64,000 nt of DNA from Betaproteobacteria bacterium (GCA_032125995.1 JAQBBQ010000267.1:3201-67200), one strand, 5' to 3'; counted from the stretch's first letter, positions 9,565-22,106 are shown. Numbers and translations: made by a program. The notes: generated from the sequence alone by a model not told the origin.

Positions 9565-10362
9565 TCACCGGGTGACGGGCCGCAGCAACCGGCACTGGTC
9601 CTCGCCATCAACGACAATTGGCTCGATCCGCGCCTGTGCGCCGCAGTACGCACTGCAGCCCGCCGCGCTGACGCGTACCGCATCGCCAAGGTTGTGCACG
9701 CTGATTGTGCAGTCCGGACCATTCGTGGTTTCCGTGGCGCGCGTGCCGATCTTGAAGCGCAATCCGCGTGCATGCGCCACCTGACGCACGCCGGTGCCAC
9801 CGAGCACGCAGACCTGGCCGCTCACCGCGTCGCGCGATGTCCAGCTCAGGCTCCCGGCGTCCAAGCGACCCGCTTTGATCACGAAGGCAAGCGCCGCACT
9901 GGTTTCACCCTCACGCGCCGTACATTGCACGGCGGCACTGTAGTTCGCCATCGAGGGAAACGTCGCGCTGAACTTGAAGCGCTCGCGCAGCTGCCCGCTG
10001 GGCCCGTAGCGCGTTCCCTCAAATACGCCGTTACCCCAGATGCCCTGCAGCGTCGCCGTCGGCGAATGCCCGAACATGATCGGGGTGCGGCCCTCCTTGA
10101 GCGTCGTCACGCCAAGCTCCGGACCGCCCTCGCCCTCCAGAAAACGCCGATCAAATGTATCCAGAAGGAGATACTCGCCGGTAATGCGCCAGCCGCCGCG
10201 TGGCGATTGCGTCCGGTAGACCGTCAGCAGCGCGGCGCGGGTGCCAAGCTCACCGAGCAGCTCGTTCGCCCCCGCGTCGGCGCGCGCGGCGCGCGCACCA
10301 AGCCCAGCCATTGCACCAAGCGCAACCACCGCGAGCGCGAGGACCACCGCCGTCCATCTCAC
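9565..10362 (-). CDS. hypothetical secreted protein embedded in the gat operon
   Basis: 265 aa with a GTG start that overlaps the gatA stop (GTGA). Signal peptide [28 protein letters not shown]; 7 Cys residues; I recognise no family. It ends 25 nt before the gatB start. Confidence 0.6.
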   Translation of the reverse strand: MRWTAVVLALAVVALGAMAGLGARAARADAGANELLGELGTRAALLTVYRTQSPRGGWRITGEYLLLDTFDRRFLEGEGGPELGVTTLKEGRTPIMFGHSPTATLQGIWGNGVFEGTRYGPSGQLRERFKFSATFPSMANYSAAVQCTAREGETSAALAFVIKAGRLDAGSLSWTSRDAVSGQVCVLGGTGVRQVAHARGLRFKIGTRATETTNGPDCTISVHNLGDAVRVSAAGCSAYCGAQARIEPIVVDGEDQCRLLRPVTR

Positions 10363-11819
10363 AGTGGCACCCCCGGGGGCACGCGCAGGTGCCAGTCGCT
10401 CGCCTGCTGATAGCGGTGCGCGACGCCGAGAAGCCGCGCCTCGGAAAAATAGTCGCCGGTCAACTGCAGGCCGACCGGCAATCCCTGCGCATCAAAGCCG
10501 CAGGGAATTGACAGCGCGGGCAAGCCCGCGAGCGGCGCAGGAATCGTGTAGATGTCGTTCAGGTACATCTGCACCGGATCGTCCATCTTCGAGCCGAGCG
10601 CGAACGCCGTACCCGGCGTGGTCGGTCCCATGATGACATCACAGGCCCGATACGCCGCGGAGAAATCCTCTGCGATCAGGCGCCGCAGCTTCTGCGCCTG
10701 CAGGTAGTAGGCATCGTAATAGCCATGCGACAAAACGTAGGTGCCGACGAGGATCCGGCGCTTGACCTCTTCGCCAAACCCCTCGGTGCGGGTTCGCGTG
10801 TACAGGTCGACGAGGTCCTCGTAGTCCTGCGCGCGATGGCCATAGCGCACGCCGTCGTAGCGCGACAAGTTGGACGAGGCTTCGGCCGGCGCAAGCACGT
10901 AGTACACCGGCAGTGCGAGACCCGCGTTCGGCAGCCGGATCGGCACGGTCCGTGCACCCTGCGCGCCGAACCAGCGCAGGGCGTCCTCGACCCGCGCGCG
11001 CACGTCTGCATCGAGGCCGTCGCCGAAAAATTCCTCGGGTACACCGATCCGCAGACCCGCCAGGTCGATATCGAGCATGCGGGAATAGTCTTCGGGCGCA
11101 CGGTCGATGCTCGTCGAATCGCGCCGGTCGAACCCCGCCATTGCGTTCAGCAGCAACGCGAGGTCCTGTGCCGTCTTGGCGATTGGCCCGCCCTGATCGA
11201 GCGACGAGGCGAAGGCGACCATGCCGTAGCGTGAAACGAGGCCGTAGGTGGGTTTGAGCCCACAGGTTCCGGTCAGCGCCGCGGGCTGGCGAATCGATCC
11301 GCCGGTGTCGGTTCCGGTCGCCGCGGGCGCCATGCGGGCGGCGACGGCCACCGCCGACCCTCCGGACGACCCCCCTGGCACGCAGTCGACGTTCCAGGCG
11401 TTGCGCACCGGCCCGAAGTACGAGGTCTCGGTCGACGAGCCCATCGCGAACTCGTCCATATTCGTTTTTCCGAGCATCACCGCGCCCGCGTCGGCGAGCT
11501 GCTCGATCACATGCGCGTCGTAGGGACTGACAAAATTTTCCAGCATGCGCGACCCGCAGGTCGTACGCAGGCCCTTGGTGCAATAGATGTCCTTGTGTGC
11601 CATCGGGATGCCGGTGAGCGGGCCCGCATCGTCGCGCGCCAGACGCGCATCGGCACGCCGCGCGTCCGCGAACGTACGCGCCTCGTCGACCGTGATGAAC
11701 GCGTTCAGTGTCCCGTTCAAGCGGCCGATCCGGTCGAGGAACAGCTGTGCAAGCTCGACGCTCGAAACGCGGCGCGCCGCAAGCGCGGATGATAGTTCTA
11801 CAACGCTGGCGTTCAGCAT
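10359..11819 (-). CDS. gatA: Asp-tRNA(Asn)/Glu-tRNA(Gln) amidotransferase subunit A
   Basis: 486 aa with the amidase signature [13 protein letters not shown] and a full-length GatA-like sequence. Confidence 0.95.
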   Translation of the reverse strand: MLNASVVELSSALAARRVSSVELAQLFLDRIGRLNGTLNAFITVDEARTFADARRADARLARDDAGPLTGIPMAHKDIYCTKGLRTTCGSRMLENFVSPYDAHVIEQLADAGAVMLGKTNMDEFAMGSSTETSYFGPVRNAWNVDCVPGGSSGGSAVAVAARMAPAATGTDTGGSIRQPAALTGTCGLKPTYGLVSRYGMVAFASSLDQGGPIAKTAQDLALLLNAMAGFDRRDSTSIDRAPEDYSRMLDIDLAGLRIGVPEEFFGDGLDADVRARVEDALRWFGAQGARTVPIRLPNAGLALPVYYVLAPAEASSNLSRYDGVRYGHRAQDYEDLVDLYTRTRTEGFGEEVKRRILVGTYVLSHGYYDAYYLQAQKLRRLIAEDFSAAYRACDVIMGPTTPGTAFALGSKMDDPVQMYLNDIYTIPAPLAGLPALSIPCGFDAQGLPVGLQLTGDYFSEARLLGVAHRYQQASDWHLRVPPGVPL

Positions 11820-11875
11820 GTCATTCGCGGCCGACGCGCGCGTGCTCGCGCACTCACGGTTGCGGACCTGCCTGC

Positions 11876-12162
11876 CTACTCGATGACCTTCGGCACGAGG
11901 TACAGGCCGCGCTCGACGGCCGGCGCGACCGCCTGGAACAGCGCCCGCTGGTCGCGCTCCGTAACCGCGTCCGGGCGCAGGCGCTGCACCAGGTCGAGCG
12001 CGTGGGACATCGGTTCGACGCCGCGCGTGTCGACCGCGCGCATCGCCCGATCATGCCGAGAACCCGGTTCAGGCGCTCGATCACGGCGACCGATTCCTCC
12101 GGGCGGATAGCCAGGCGGGCGAGGCGGGCCAGGCGGGCGACTTCTTCTTGGGAGAGCGACAT
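11876..12162 (-). pseudogene. gatC: gatC with an apparent 1-nt deletion (frameshift or assembly error) at 12044-12048
   Basis: The N-terminal frame from 12162 gives [39 protein letters not shown]. The conserved C-terminal half, [55 protein letters not shown], is in a different frame ending at 11876. Span is 287 nt (3n-1). The junction lies at the run CCC (plus strand, 12046-12048). Confidence 0.75.
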
Positions 12163-12193
12163 TGTTGCAACGCAATAATCCCTTCTGTACGCC

Positions 12194-12221
12194 TGTACAG
12201 TGGGTTACGTTAGGGTATCAT
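12194..12221 (+). promoter_or_regulatory. candidate sigma70-type promoter for mreB (-35 TGTACA, 16-nt spacer, -10 TATCAT)
   Basis: Hexamers read directly in the 178-nt gatC/mreB divergent intergenic region. This is pattern matching only. Confidence 0.3.
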
Positions 12222-12307
12222 AGGAAGGCGGTTTCCAGCCGCCGCAGATTAGAGGAAGGATTAGTCCTGACGCGGCGTTAGGAGACGAACTTAAGGTACG
12301 ACACTAG

Positions 12308-13384
<1,077 letters not shown>

Positions 13385-13415
13385 GCGCGCCTCGGCACCT
13401 CGGCGCTAGGTGCAC

Positions 13416-14342
13416 ATGGAGCACTCGCCGCCGCCGTTCTTCAAACGTGGTCCGGCGCCGGTAGTACGGCTCGCGTTCTTCGCCTCTCTGTCCTTTGCGC
13501 TGCTCGTTCTCGACGCGCGCTTCGGCTACGTGGAGGGCCTGCGCCATGTCTTGGCGCTCGCCGCCTATCCCTTCCAACAGGCCGCCACCGCGCCCGTCGC
13601 CATCGCGCGGCGCGTGGCCGAATTTTTCGTCAGCCAACAACAGCTGCAGGCCGAAAACTCGACCCTGCGCGCGGAACTGCTCGACACCGCGCGCGACGCG
13701 CAGCGTTACGAGACCGCGGCGTCCGAGCTTGCCGAGCTCCGTCGCGTGAACGAAATGCGTGTGCGGCTCAAGCGCCGCACGATCCCGGCCGAAGTGCTCT
13801 ACAGCGGCCGTGATCCCTACGATTACAAGGTCATCCTCGACAAAGGCAGCCAGCATGCGATCGCCGCCGGCAGCCCGGTGCTCGACGCCGACGGCATTGT
13901 CGGGCAGGTGACGCGCGTGCACGCGCTGGTTTCCGAGGTGACCTTGCTCACCGACAAGGCGCAGGCGATCCCGGTTCAGGTCACGCGCAACGGTCTGCGT
14001 GCGGTCGCATTCGGCGCAGGCGCCTCGGGCACGATGGAGCTGCGCTTTCTCCCGGCCAACGCGGACGTGCGCAACGGCGACCGCTTGGTCACGTCAGGGA
14101 TCGACGGCACCTATCCGTCCGGTCTCGCGGTTGCAGAGGTCGTTCACGTCGAGCGCGACGCCGCGCAGGCGTTCGCACGGGTGATCTGCAAGCCCGTCGC
14201 GGGCGTCGATCGCAGCCGTTACGTGCTGGTGCTTGTGGGCGGCGAAGCGTTGCCGGCCTATCCGACGGCAGACACGGAACATGGCAGTACGCGGAGCGGG
14301 TCGCGGCGGGCCCGCCGAGGGAGCAAACGTGGAACCAAATAA
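13416..14342 (+). CDS. mreC: rod shape-determining protein MreC
   Basis: MEHSPPPFFKRGPAPVVRLAFFASL... resembles the MreC N-terminus. ATG 13416 preferred over the in-frame GTG at 13410. Confidence 0.85.
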   Translation: MEHSPPPFFKRGPAPVVRLAFFASLSFALLVLDARFGYVEGLRHVLALAAYPFQQAATAPVAIARRVAEFFVSQQQLQAENSTLRAELLDTARDAQRYETAASELAELRRVNEMRVRLKRRTIPAEVLYSGRDPYDYKVILDKGSQHAIAAGSPVLDADGIVGQVTRVHALVSEVTLLTDKAQAIPVQVTRNGLRAVAFGAGASGTMELRFLPANADVRNGDRLVTSGIDGTYPSGLAVAEVVHVERDAAQAFARVICKPVAGVDRSRYVLVLVGGEALPAYPTADTEHGSTRSGSRRARRGSKRGTK

Positions 14343-14838
14343 GCCGCAGCACATCCTGCTGCCGGTACGCGTGAGCACCATCATCGTCTCATTCGCGGCC
14401 GCGCTACTGCTGATGTTCCTGCCGTGGAACGACATGCGCCTGGTACCGGACTTCGTCGCCGTGGTGCTCGTATTCTGGTGCGTCCACCAGCCCCGGCGCG
14501 TCGGCCTCGGCGTTGGTTGGCTCATCGGGTTGGTGGCCGACGCCGGCAACGGCGTCCTTCTCGGGCAGCACGCGTTGGCGTACGCGCTGCTTGCATTCTT
14601 CGCGATCACGCTTTCGCGCCGGATCCTCTGGTTCAACCCCGGGTATCAGGCGCTGCACATCGCGCCGCTGCTCGTATTCGCGGAGGCGGTCGTGATGCTG
14701 GTGCGCCTCGCGACCGGCGCACCGCTGCCGGGTTGGTCGATCTTGGTCTCGCCCTTGGTCGGTGCGGCGCTGTGGCCTCTCGTTTCATGGCTGCTCTTGC
14801 TCCCGCAGCGTCGCGCACTCGAGGCGGGGTCGTTTTAG
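14329..14838 (+). CDS. mreD: rod shape-determining protein MreD
   Basis: GTG start at 14329 overlaps the mreC end. Polytopic membrane protein (…LLMFLPWNDMRLVPDFVAVVLVFW…) in the canonical mreBCD position. The start is uncertain. Confidence 0.75.
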   Translation: MEPNKPQHILLPVRVSTIIVSFAAALLLMFLPWNDMRLVPDFVAVVLVFWCVHQPRRVGLGVGWLIGLVADAGNGVLLGQHALAYALLAFFAITLSRRILWFNPGYQALHIAPLLVFAEAVVMLVRLATGAPLPGWSILVSPLVGAALWPLVSWLLLLPQRRALEAGSF

Positions 14839-14852
14839 CACGCTTCCGACGC

Positions 14853-16766
14853 ATGGCCGCGATCACGGAAATCAGAAATACGGAACGCGACCTGCGCGCC
14901 TTCCGCGCCCGCGTTCTGGTTGCCATCGCATTCGTGCTCGCGGCATTCGGCGCACTGGGCGCGCGTTTTGTATGGCTACAGCTCGTGCAGTATGAGTACT
15001 ACCACACGCGCGCCGAAGACAACCGGATCGCGATTGTTCCGCTGCCGCCGCACCGCGGCCTGATTCTCGATCGTAACGGGCGCGTGCTCGCGCGTAACTA
15101 TTCCGCGTACACGCTTGAGATCGCCCCGCGCAAAGTTGACGATCTCGAGCGCACCATAGAAGCGCTCTCCACGCTCGTCGAAATCGGACCGCGGGATCGC
15201 AGCCGCTTCGGCAAGCACGTCGCCGAGGCGCGCAACGCCGAGAGCCTGCCGATCCGCACGCGATTGTCGGACGAAGAGGTCGCGCGCTTCGCAGTGAACC
15301 GTTACCGGTTCCCCGGTGTCGAGATTAAGGCGCGGTTGTTCCGTCAGTACCCGTTCGGCAGCACGGCGTCTCACGTGCTCGGCTATATCGGACGCATCAA
15401 CGAGCGCGATCTTGTGCAGCTCAATGCGCTCGGCGTCGAGGCAAACTATCGCGGTACCGAGTACATCGGCAAGCGCGGTGTTGAGGTGAGCTACCAGCAG
15501 TCGCTCCACGGCGTTACGGGCCTCGAACAGGTTGAGATCGACGCCGCCGGTCGCGGGATTCGCACCCTGTCGCGTACCGCGGCCCACCCCGGACGCAACG
15601 TGACGCTAACCCTCGACATCGGACTGCAGCAGGTCGCCGAGGCCGCGTTCAGCGGACGGCGCGGCGCGCTCGTCGCGCTCGATCCGGCAAACGGTGCGGT
15701 GCTCGCATTCGTGTCCGTGCCGGCTTACGACCCGAATCTTTTCGTCGACGGCATCGACGTACAAAGCTGGAAGGCGTTGATTACGTCGGCAGACCGGCCG
15801 CTCAACAACCGTGCGATCGCCGGCCTGTATCCGCCGGGCTCGACGTTCAAGCCATTCATGGCGCTCGCGGCACTCGAACTCGGCAAACGCACTCGCGAGA
15901 GCACGATTCAGGACCCTGGCTACTTTGCGTTTGGCGGGCGCCGGTTCCGCGACTCGCGGCTGGGTGGCCATGGCACGGTGGATCTGCGCAAGTCGCTGGT
16001 CGTGTCGTCCGACGTCTACTACTACCAGCTTGCGCACGACTTGGGCATCGTGGCGATCGCCGGCTTCATGCAGCAGTTTGGTTTCGGCGCACGCACGGGC
16101 ATTGATCTCGACGGCGAGGCGACGGGCGTTCTACCGTCGCCGCAATGGAAAAAGCAGCGTTTTCGGCGCCGGGAACAGCAACATTGGTACGCGGGGGAGA
16201 CGATTTCGGTCGGTATCGGCCAGGGCTATAACGCGTATACGCCACTACAGCTTGCGGCCGCGACTGCGGCGCTTGCGAACGGCGGCGCGCTGTATCGGCC
16301 GCACGTGGTGTCGAATATCGATGATCCTCGGTCCGGCGCGCGCGAGACGGTCACACCCCATCTGATCCGTCGGGTTGCCGTAAAGCCAGCGCATGTTGCC
16401 TTCGTGCGTGAGGCGATGGCCGGGGTAAACAGCGAGGGCACCGCTGCGGGTGCGTTTGCCGATGCGCAGTACACGAGCGCTGGAAAAACCGGGACCGCGC
16501 AGGTCGTTGGCATCAAGCAGAACGAGAAATACGACGCCAGCAAGCTCGACGAGCGCTTGCGTGATCACTCGCTGTTCATCGCGTTCGCGCCGATGACGAG
16601 TCCCAAAATCGCGCTCGCAGTGGTGGTCGAAAACGGCGGTTTCGGATCACGCGCCGCGGCGCCGATCGCGCGCATCGTGCTCGACTATTATCTCCTCGGC
16701 AAACGACCGGACGCGGTCGGCGCGCCGGCGCAGAAAGCGGGCAAGCTGCCTGCCGGGCGTCTCTGA
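14853..16766 (+). CDS. mrdA: penicillin-binding protein 2 (elongasome transpeptidase)
   Basis: Start at MAAITEIRNTERDLRAFR. Carries the SxxK motif (GSTFKPF), SxN-like (SSD) and KTG (GKTGTAQ). The ORF-track frame is artefactually extended upstream. Confidence 0.9.
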   Translation: MAAITEIRNTERDLRAFRARVLVAIAFVLAAFGALGARFVWLQLVQYEYYHTRAEDNRIAIVPLPPHRGLILDRNGRVLARNYSAYTLEIAPRKVDDLERTIEALSTLVEIGPRDRSRFGKHVAEARNAESLPIRTRLSDEEVARFAVNRYRFPGVEIKARLFRQYPFGSTASHVLGYIGRINERDLVQLNALGVEANYRGTEYIGKRGVEVSYQQSLHGVTGLEQVEIDAAGRGIRTLSRTAAHPGRNVTLTLDIGLQQVAEAAFSGRRGALVALDPANGAVLAFVSVPAYDPNLFVDGIDVQSWKALITSADRPLNNRAIAGLYPPGSTFKPFMALAALELGKRTRESTIQDPGYFAFGGRRFRDSRLGGHGTVDLRKSLVVSSDVYYYQLAHDLGIVAIAGFMQQFGFGARTGIDLDGEATGVLPSPQWKKQRFRRREQQHWYAGETISVGIGQGYNAYTPLQLAAATAALANGGALYRPHVVSNIDDPRSGARETVTPHLIRRVAVKPAHVAFVREAMAGVNSEGTAAGAFADAQYTSAGKTGTAQVVGIKQNEKYDASKLDERLRDHSLFIAFAPMTSPKIALAVVVENGGFGSRAAAPIARIVLDYYLLGKRPDAVGAPAQKAGKLPAGRL

Positions 16767-17879
16767 GTGGAACTCACGTTCAGCACGATTCGGCGTCTCG
16801 CGCGCGCAAGCGTGGACAGCATTGACGCCACGCTGCTGACCGTCGCGCTATTGCTTGCCGCGCTCGGCGTCGCCACGCTGTACTCAGCAAGCGACGAAAG
16901 CCCGGCGCGTGTCATTGGGCAGCTACGGCATCTCGCGGTCGCCCTCTTCGCGATGTGGCTGATCGCGCGCGTGCCGCCGCAACTGCTCATGCGCTTTGCG
17001 GTTCCGGCGTACGTCGTTGGCGTGCTGCTATTGGTCGCCGTCGCCCTGTTCGGCGACGTCGTAAACGGCGCGCGGCGTTGGTTGAGCCTGGGTGTAATGC
17101 GATTTCAGCCCTCGGAGATGATGAAGATCGCGATGCCATTGATGCTCGCGTGGTATTTTCACCGCGAGGAGGAAGACCTGCGGCGACGCGCATTTGTGGT
17201 CGCCGGTCTCCTCGTCGCGATTCCGGCGGTGCTCATTGCGCGTCAGCCCGATCTCGGCACTGCGCTGCTCGTCGCGGCGGCTGGTTTCTACGTCATCTTT
17301 TTCGCCGGCCTGCGCTGGAAGTCGCTGGGTACGCTGACGGCAATCGCCCTCTTGAGTCTCGCGCCAATCTGGGGATTACTCCACGATTACCAGCGCCGAC
17401 GCATCCTCACCCTGCTCGATCCCACACAGGATCCACTCGGTGCGGGTTACCACATCATCCAGTCGACGATTGCGATCGGCTCGGGTGGCCTGTCCGGCAA
17501 AGGCTGGCTGAATGGCTCGCAGTCGCATCTCGAGTTCATTCCCGAGCGCCACACCGATTTCATCTTTGCGGTGTATTCAGAGGAGTTCGGTTTCATCGGC
17601 AGCTGCGTCCTGTTGTTGCTCTATGTGCTGCTGATCGCGCGCGGTCTGGTGATCGCAATGCAGGCGACGAACTGCTTTTCGCGTCTGCTGGCGAGCGCGA
17701 TCAGCCTGATGTTTTTCACCTATGCGTTCGTCAATATGGGCATGGTGTCTGGCGTCCTGCCGGTCGTCGGCGTGCCCTTGCCGTTTCTGTCCTATGGCGG
17801 CACCGCGTTGCTGACCTTGTTCGTCGCCATCGGCGTGCTGATGAGCGTTCACAAGGACCGCAAGCTCATCAGGACCTGA
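16767..17879 (+). CDS. rodA: peptidoglycan glycosyltransferase RodA (SEDS family)
   Basis: 370 aa, with a GTG start immediately after the mrdA stop. SEDS-type polytopic sequence (…FQPSEMMKIAMPLMLAWYF…, …LPFLSYGGTALL…). Confidence 0.9.
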   Translation: MELTFSTIRRLARASVDSIDATLLTVALLLAALGVATLYSASDESPARVIGQLRHLAVALFAMWLIARVPPQLLMRFAVPAYVVGVLLLVAVALFGDVVNGARRWLSLGVMRFQPSEMMKIAMPLMLAWYFHREEEDLRRRAFVVAGLLVAIPAVLIARQPDLGTALLVAAAGFYVIFFAGLRWKSLGTLTAIALLSLAPIWGLLHDYQRRRILTLLDPTQDPLGAGYHIIQSTIAIGSGGLSGKGWLNGSQSHLEFIPERHTDFIFAVYSEEFGFIGSCVLLLLYVLLIARGLVIAMQATNCFSRLLASAISLMFFTYAFVNMGMVSGVLPVVGVPLPFLSYGGTALLTLFVAIGVLMSVHKDRKLIRT

Positions 17880-17914
17880 GCGCCCGACCGCTGCGGAGGG
17901 TATATTGCGGCGCG

Positions 17915-18010
17915 TCATAGATATGAAACAGATTCCCGCATTATGAAATAGCGGCTGCATAAGCTGTTGTAAATGCTTGTTTTCAATTCCATCAGGTTCT
18001 CAAGACTAGA
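17915..18010 (+). promoter_or_regulatory. AT-rich aceA upstream region with two TATGAAA direct repeats 20 bp apart
   Basis: TATGAAA occurs at 17922-17928 and 17942-17948, and the extended matches ATATGAAACAG / TTATGAAATAG share 9 of 11 positions. The local A+T content stands out against the GC-rich window. No function is demonstrated. Confidence 0.3.
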
Positions 18011-18121
18011 TTGTTGCTGCGCGCCATCGGCGTCGGTTACTGTGGCCCATCCAGCCTGCAACGGCCTGCGTCCTTTGCCAGTCGGGCACTTCGCCATCCA
18101 GCCAACCGAAAGGAAGACTTC

Positions 18122-19432
<1,311 letters not shown>

Positions 19433-19436
19433 TGCA

Positions 19437-21239
19437 ATGAGCGCGCCGTCGCCCCGCCCTGCGCCCGTCGCGCCGCTCTCACCCGGGGTGGCCGCACGGG
19501 CGGAGACGGCCGAGGCGATCGCCCGCCTCATCCTCTCCGGTTTCGACCGGCACTACCGGTTGTTTCGCGCCGCCGCGCAGCGCGCAAAGACATTGTTCGA
19601 GTGCGCCGACTGGCGTTCGATGGCCGCGCTCGCGCGCGAGCGGATCCAGCTCTATGACCGGCGCGTCGCCGAGTCGGTCGATGCAGTACTTGGCGCCTTC
19701 CCGCAGGCCGAGACGGACGAATCGTTGTGGCCCGCGATCAAGCTCGCCACCATCGGTCTGCTGCCAGAGCATCGGCAGCCCGAGTGCGCGGAAACGTTTT
19801 ACAACTCGGTAGCCTGCCAAGTGCTGCACCGCCGCTACTACCGCAACGAGTTCATTTTCTGGCGCCCCGCGGTGGCCACCGAGCACCTTGAGGGCGACGC
19901 GCCGACCTATCGCTGCTATTACCCACTACAAAAAGGCCTGCGTGCGACGCTTGCCGAGATCGCCACCAGCTTCAGTCTGGCCAATCCGTTCGAGGACCTC
20001 CGGCGCGATTCACGCAACGTCCTGCGGGCGATGCGCACCGCCTTCCCCCGGCCCACGCGTGCACGTCCGAGCCTGCAGATTCAAGTGCTCAATGCGCTCT
20101 TTTTTCGCAACAAGGCGGCTTATATCATCGGCAAGATCATCAACGGACACCGCGAAATTCCATTCGCCGTCCCCATCCTGCAGAACGAGAAGCGCGAACT
20201 CTACCTAGACGCCGTACTGCTCGATGCCGACCAGCTGCAAGTCCTGTTTTCCTTCTCACGTGCGTATTTCCTCGTCGACATGGAGGTGCCCGCGGCCTAC
20301 GTCTCGTTCTTGCGCACCCTGATGCCGAGGAAGCCGCGCGCCGAGATGTACATGGCGGTGGGACTGCACAAGCAGGGCAAGACGCTTTTTTATCGCGACC
20401 TGCACTATCATCTGAAGCACTCGTCGGACAATTTCGTCATCGCCCCGGGCATCAAGGGAATGGTGATGCTGGTGTTCACCCTGCCGTCTTTCCCCTACGT
20501 GTTCAAGATCATCCGCGACCACTTCGCGCCGCCAAAGGACATCGACCGGCAGACCGTCAAGGACAAGTACCACCTCGTGAAGATGCACGATCGCGTCGGC
20601 CGGATGGCGGACACGCTGGAATACTCGCTGGTCGCGCTCCCCCTTGATCGCTTCGACCCGGCGCTGGTCGCCGAGTTGAAAGCCGAAGCCGGCTCGAGCA
20701 TCGAGATCGAGGGCGACAAAGTCGTCATCGGACACATGTACATCGAGCGACGCATGCAGCCGCTCAACCTGTACCTCGACGAGGCCGCCGCCGAAGGCGA
20801 CCTGCCGCGCACGCGGCATGCGCTGCTCGAATACGGCAACGCGATCAAGGAACTCGCCGGCGCAGGGATCTTCCCGGGCGACATGCTGCTGAAGAATTTC
20901 GGCGTCACGCGGCACGAGCGTGTCGTGTTCTACGACTACGACGAAATTGCGCCGCTCACGGAGTGTAATTTCCGCCACATTCCGCCCGCGCGCAGTTGGG
21001 AGGACGAAATGTCCGCCGAGCCCTACTATTCGGTGGGTCCGAGCGACGTGTTTCCGGAGCAGTTCGCGCATTTCCTCGTCGCCGATCCGAAGTCGCGCCG
21101 TGTCTTCCTCGGTTACCACGCCGAGCTGACCGATCCCGCGTTCTGGCAGAGCCGCCAGGCGCAACTGCGGGCCGGCGTCCAGGCCGACGTCTTTCCGTAC
21201 CCCGAGACGGTGCGCTTCCCGCGCACCCCGCGCCGCTAG
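19437..21239 (+). CDS. aceK: isocitrate dehydrogenase kinase/phosphatase
   Basis: 600 aa with full-length AceK-like sequence (…FDRHYRLFR…, …YDYDEI…). Starts 4 nt after the aceA stop. Confidence 0.92.
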   Translation: MSAPSPRPAPVAPLSPGVAARAETAEAIARLILSGFDRHYRLFRAAAQRAKTLFECADWRSMAALARERIQLYDRRVAESVDAVLGAFPQAETDESLWPAIKLATIGLLPEHRQPECAETFYNSVACQVLHRRYYRNEFIFWRPAVATEHLEGDAPTYRCYYPLQKGLRATLAEIATSFSLANPFEDLRRDSRNVLRAMRTAFPRPTRARPSLQIQVLNALFFRNKAAYIIGKIINGHREIPFAVPILQNEKRELYLDAVLLDADQLQVLFSFSRAYFLVDMEVPAAYVSFLRTLMPRKPRAEMYMAVGLHKQGKTLFYRDLHYHLKHSSDNFVIAPGIKGMVMLVFTLPSFPYVFKIIRDHFAPPKDIDRQTVKDKYHLVKMHDRVGRMADTLEYSLVALPLDRFDPALVAELKAEAGSSIEIEGDKVVIGHMYIERRMQPLNLYLDEAAAEGDLPRTRHALLEYGNAIKELAGAGIFPGDMLLKNFGVTRHERVVFYDYDEIAPLTECNFRHIPPARSWEDEMSAEPYYSVGPSDVFPEQFAHFLVADPKSRRVFLGYHAELTDPAFWQSRQAQLRAGVQADVFPYPETVRFPRTPRR

Positions 21240-21240
21240 C

Positions 21241-21537
21241 TCAGGCGTCCTTTAGCCGGAACAACACGTCGGGTGCGCGCGACGCGCCAACGACCTGCAC
21301 CCGTTTGCGCCGCGATGTCGCGCCCGCGTCGATATGGACCCCACGCTTCGCCGCGCCGAGTTCCGCCGCGACGAATTCGACCAGCGCAGCGTTCGCGCGT
21401 CCGTCCATGGCGCGCGCCGCAACGCGCACCTTGAGGCGACCATCGTGCAGGCCGACGACCTGCGTGCGGGCCGCGCCAGGCTGCACATGCAGCTCCAGGA
21501 CCCATCGCTCGCCCGCGCGGCGGTACCAGCCACTCAA
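21241..21537 (-). CDS. yggU: DUF167 (YggU-family) protein
   Basis: WVLELHVQPGAARTQVVGLHDGRLKVRVAARAMDGRANAALVEFVAAELG is typical of DUF167. The proposed TTG start at 21537 overlaps the yggT stop (TTGA). The start is uncertain. Confidence 0.7.
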   Translation of the reverse strand: MSGWYRRAGERWVLELHVQPGAARTQVVGLHDGRLKVRVAARAMDGRANAALVEFVAAELGAAKRGVHIDAGATSRRKRVQVVGASRAPDVLFRLKDA

Positions 21538-22106
21538 AGCATCGCCCCCAGCTGGGCACGCAAATGTTCCAGCGGAATGAGCAGCACCTGCAGGAGCACG
21601 ATCAGCACCAGCGGGGAGAGATCGACCTTCGCGATGGGCGGCACGAAACGGCGTACCGGGCGCAGGAACGGGCGCGTCATCGCGTCGAACACGGCGCCGA
21701 AGGGATGGTAGGGATTCACCCACGACATCACCGCTTGAACGATGACCGCGAACATCAGAATGTAGCTGCTATAGCGCAGGAGATCGACCAGCGCGAGCGC
21801 CGTGAGCGCGGCGAGTGCGGTGCCGATCCGCGCGCCGGCATCCCAGCCGCGCAACGCCAAGGTGACGTACAGCGCGAAACCCTGCACCAACCAGGCCGCG
21901 AGCCAGGTCGCGAGGTCGAGGCCGCCGAGTGCGGGAACGATACGACGCGCCGGAATCACGATCCAGTTGCTGCAGGCCAAGACAAACTCACCGGCTGGAT
22001 TGCGGAACGGCACGCGCAGCCACTGAAAGTGGAAGCGCGCCAGCAACAAAAAGACCAGAAACGTGGCCGCGGTATCGACCAGAAACCCGACGACCTGGCC
22101 GAGCAC
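21534..22106 (-). CDS. yggT: YggT-family membrane protein
   Basis: 190 aa with two YGGT-type repeats (…LLARFHFQWLRVPFRNP…, …SWVNPYHPF…). Confidence 0.85.
   Translation of the reverse strand: MLGQVVGFLVDTAATFLVFLLLARFHFQWLRVPFRNPAGEFVLACSNWIVIPARRIVPALGGLDLATWLAAWLVQGFALYVTLALRGWDAGARIGTALAALTALALVDLLRYSSYILMFAVIVQAVMSWVNPYHPFGAVFDAMTRPFLRPVRRFVPPIAKVDLSPLVLIVLLQVLLIPLEHLRAQLGAML

Noticed and set aside
8106-9800. Long 5' extensions of ORF-track frames (gatB 564 aa; also 22107-23393 proC, 25780-27072 NMO, 41128-44268 polA, 46908-48065 dat, 45060-46145 lipA, 58358-59293 mtgA, 28228-29106 hemJ)
   Set aside because: The extensions are Arg/Ala-rich, overlap upstream genes and lack homology. Internal starts give canonical N-termini and typical 4-nt overlaps with neighbours.
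12112-12138. 3 x 9-bp repeat in gatC encoding ARLARLARL
   Set aside because: The segment aligns residue-for-residue in length with the conserved GatC N-terminal (V)xRIAHLARLEL motif. It is ordinary coding sequence, not an insertion or VNTR.
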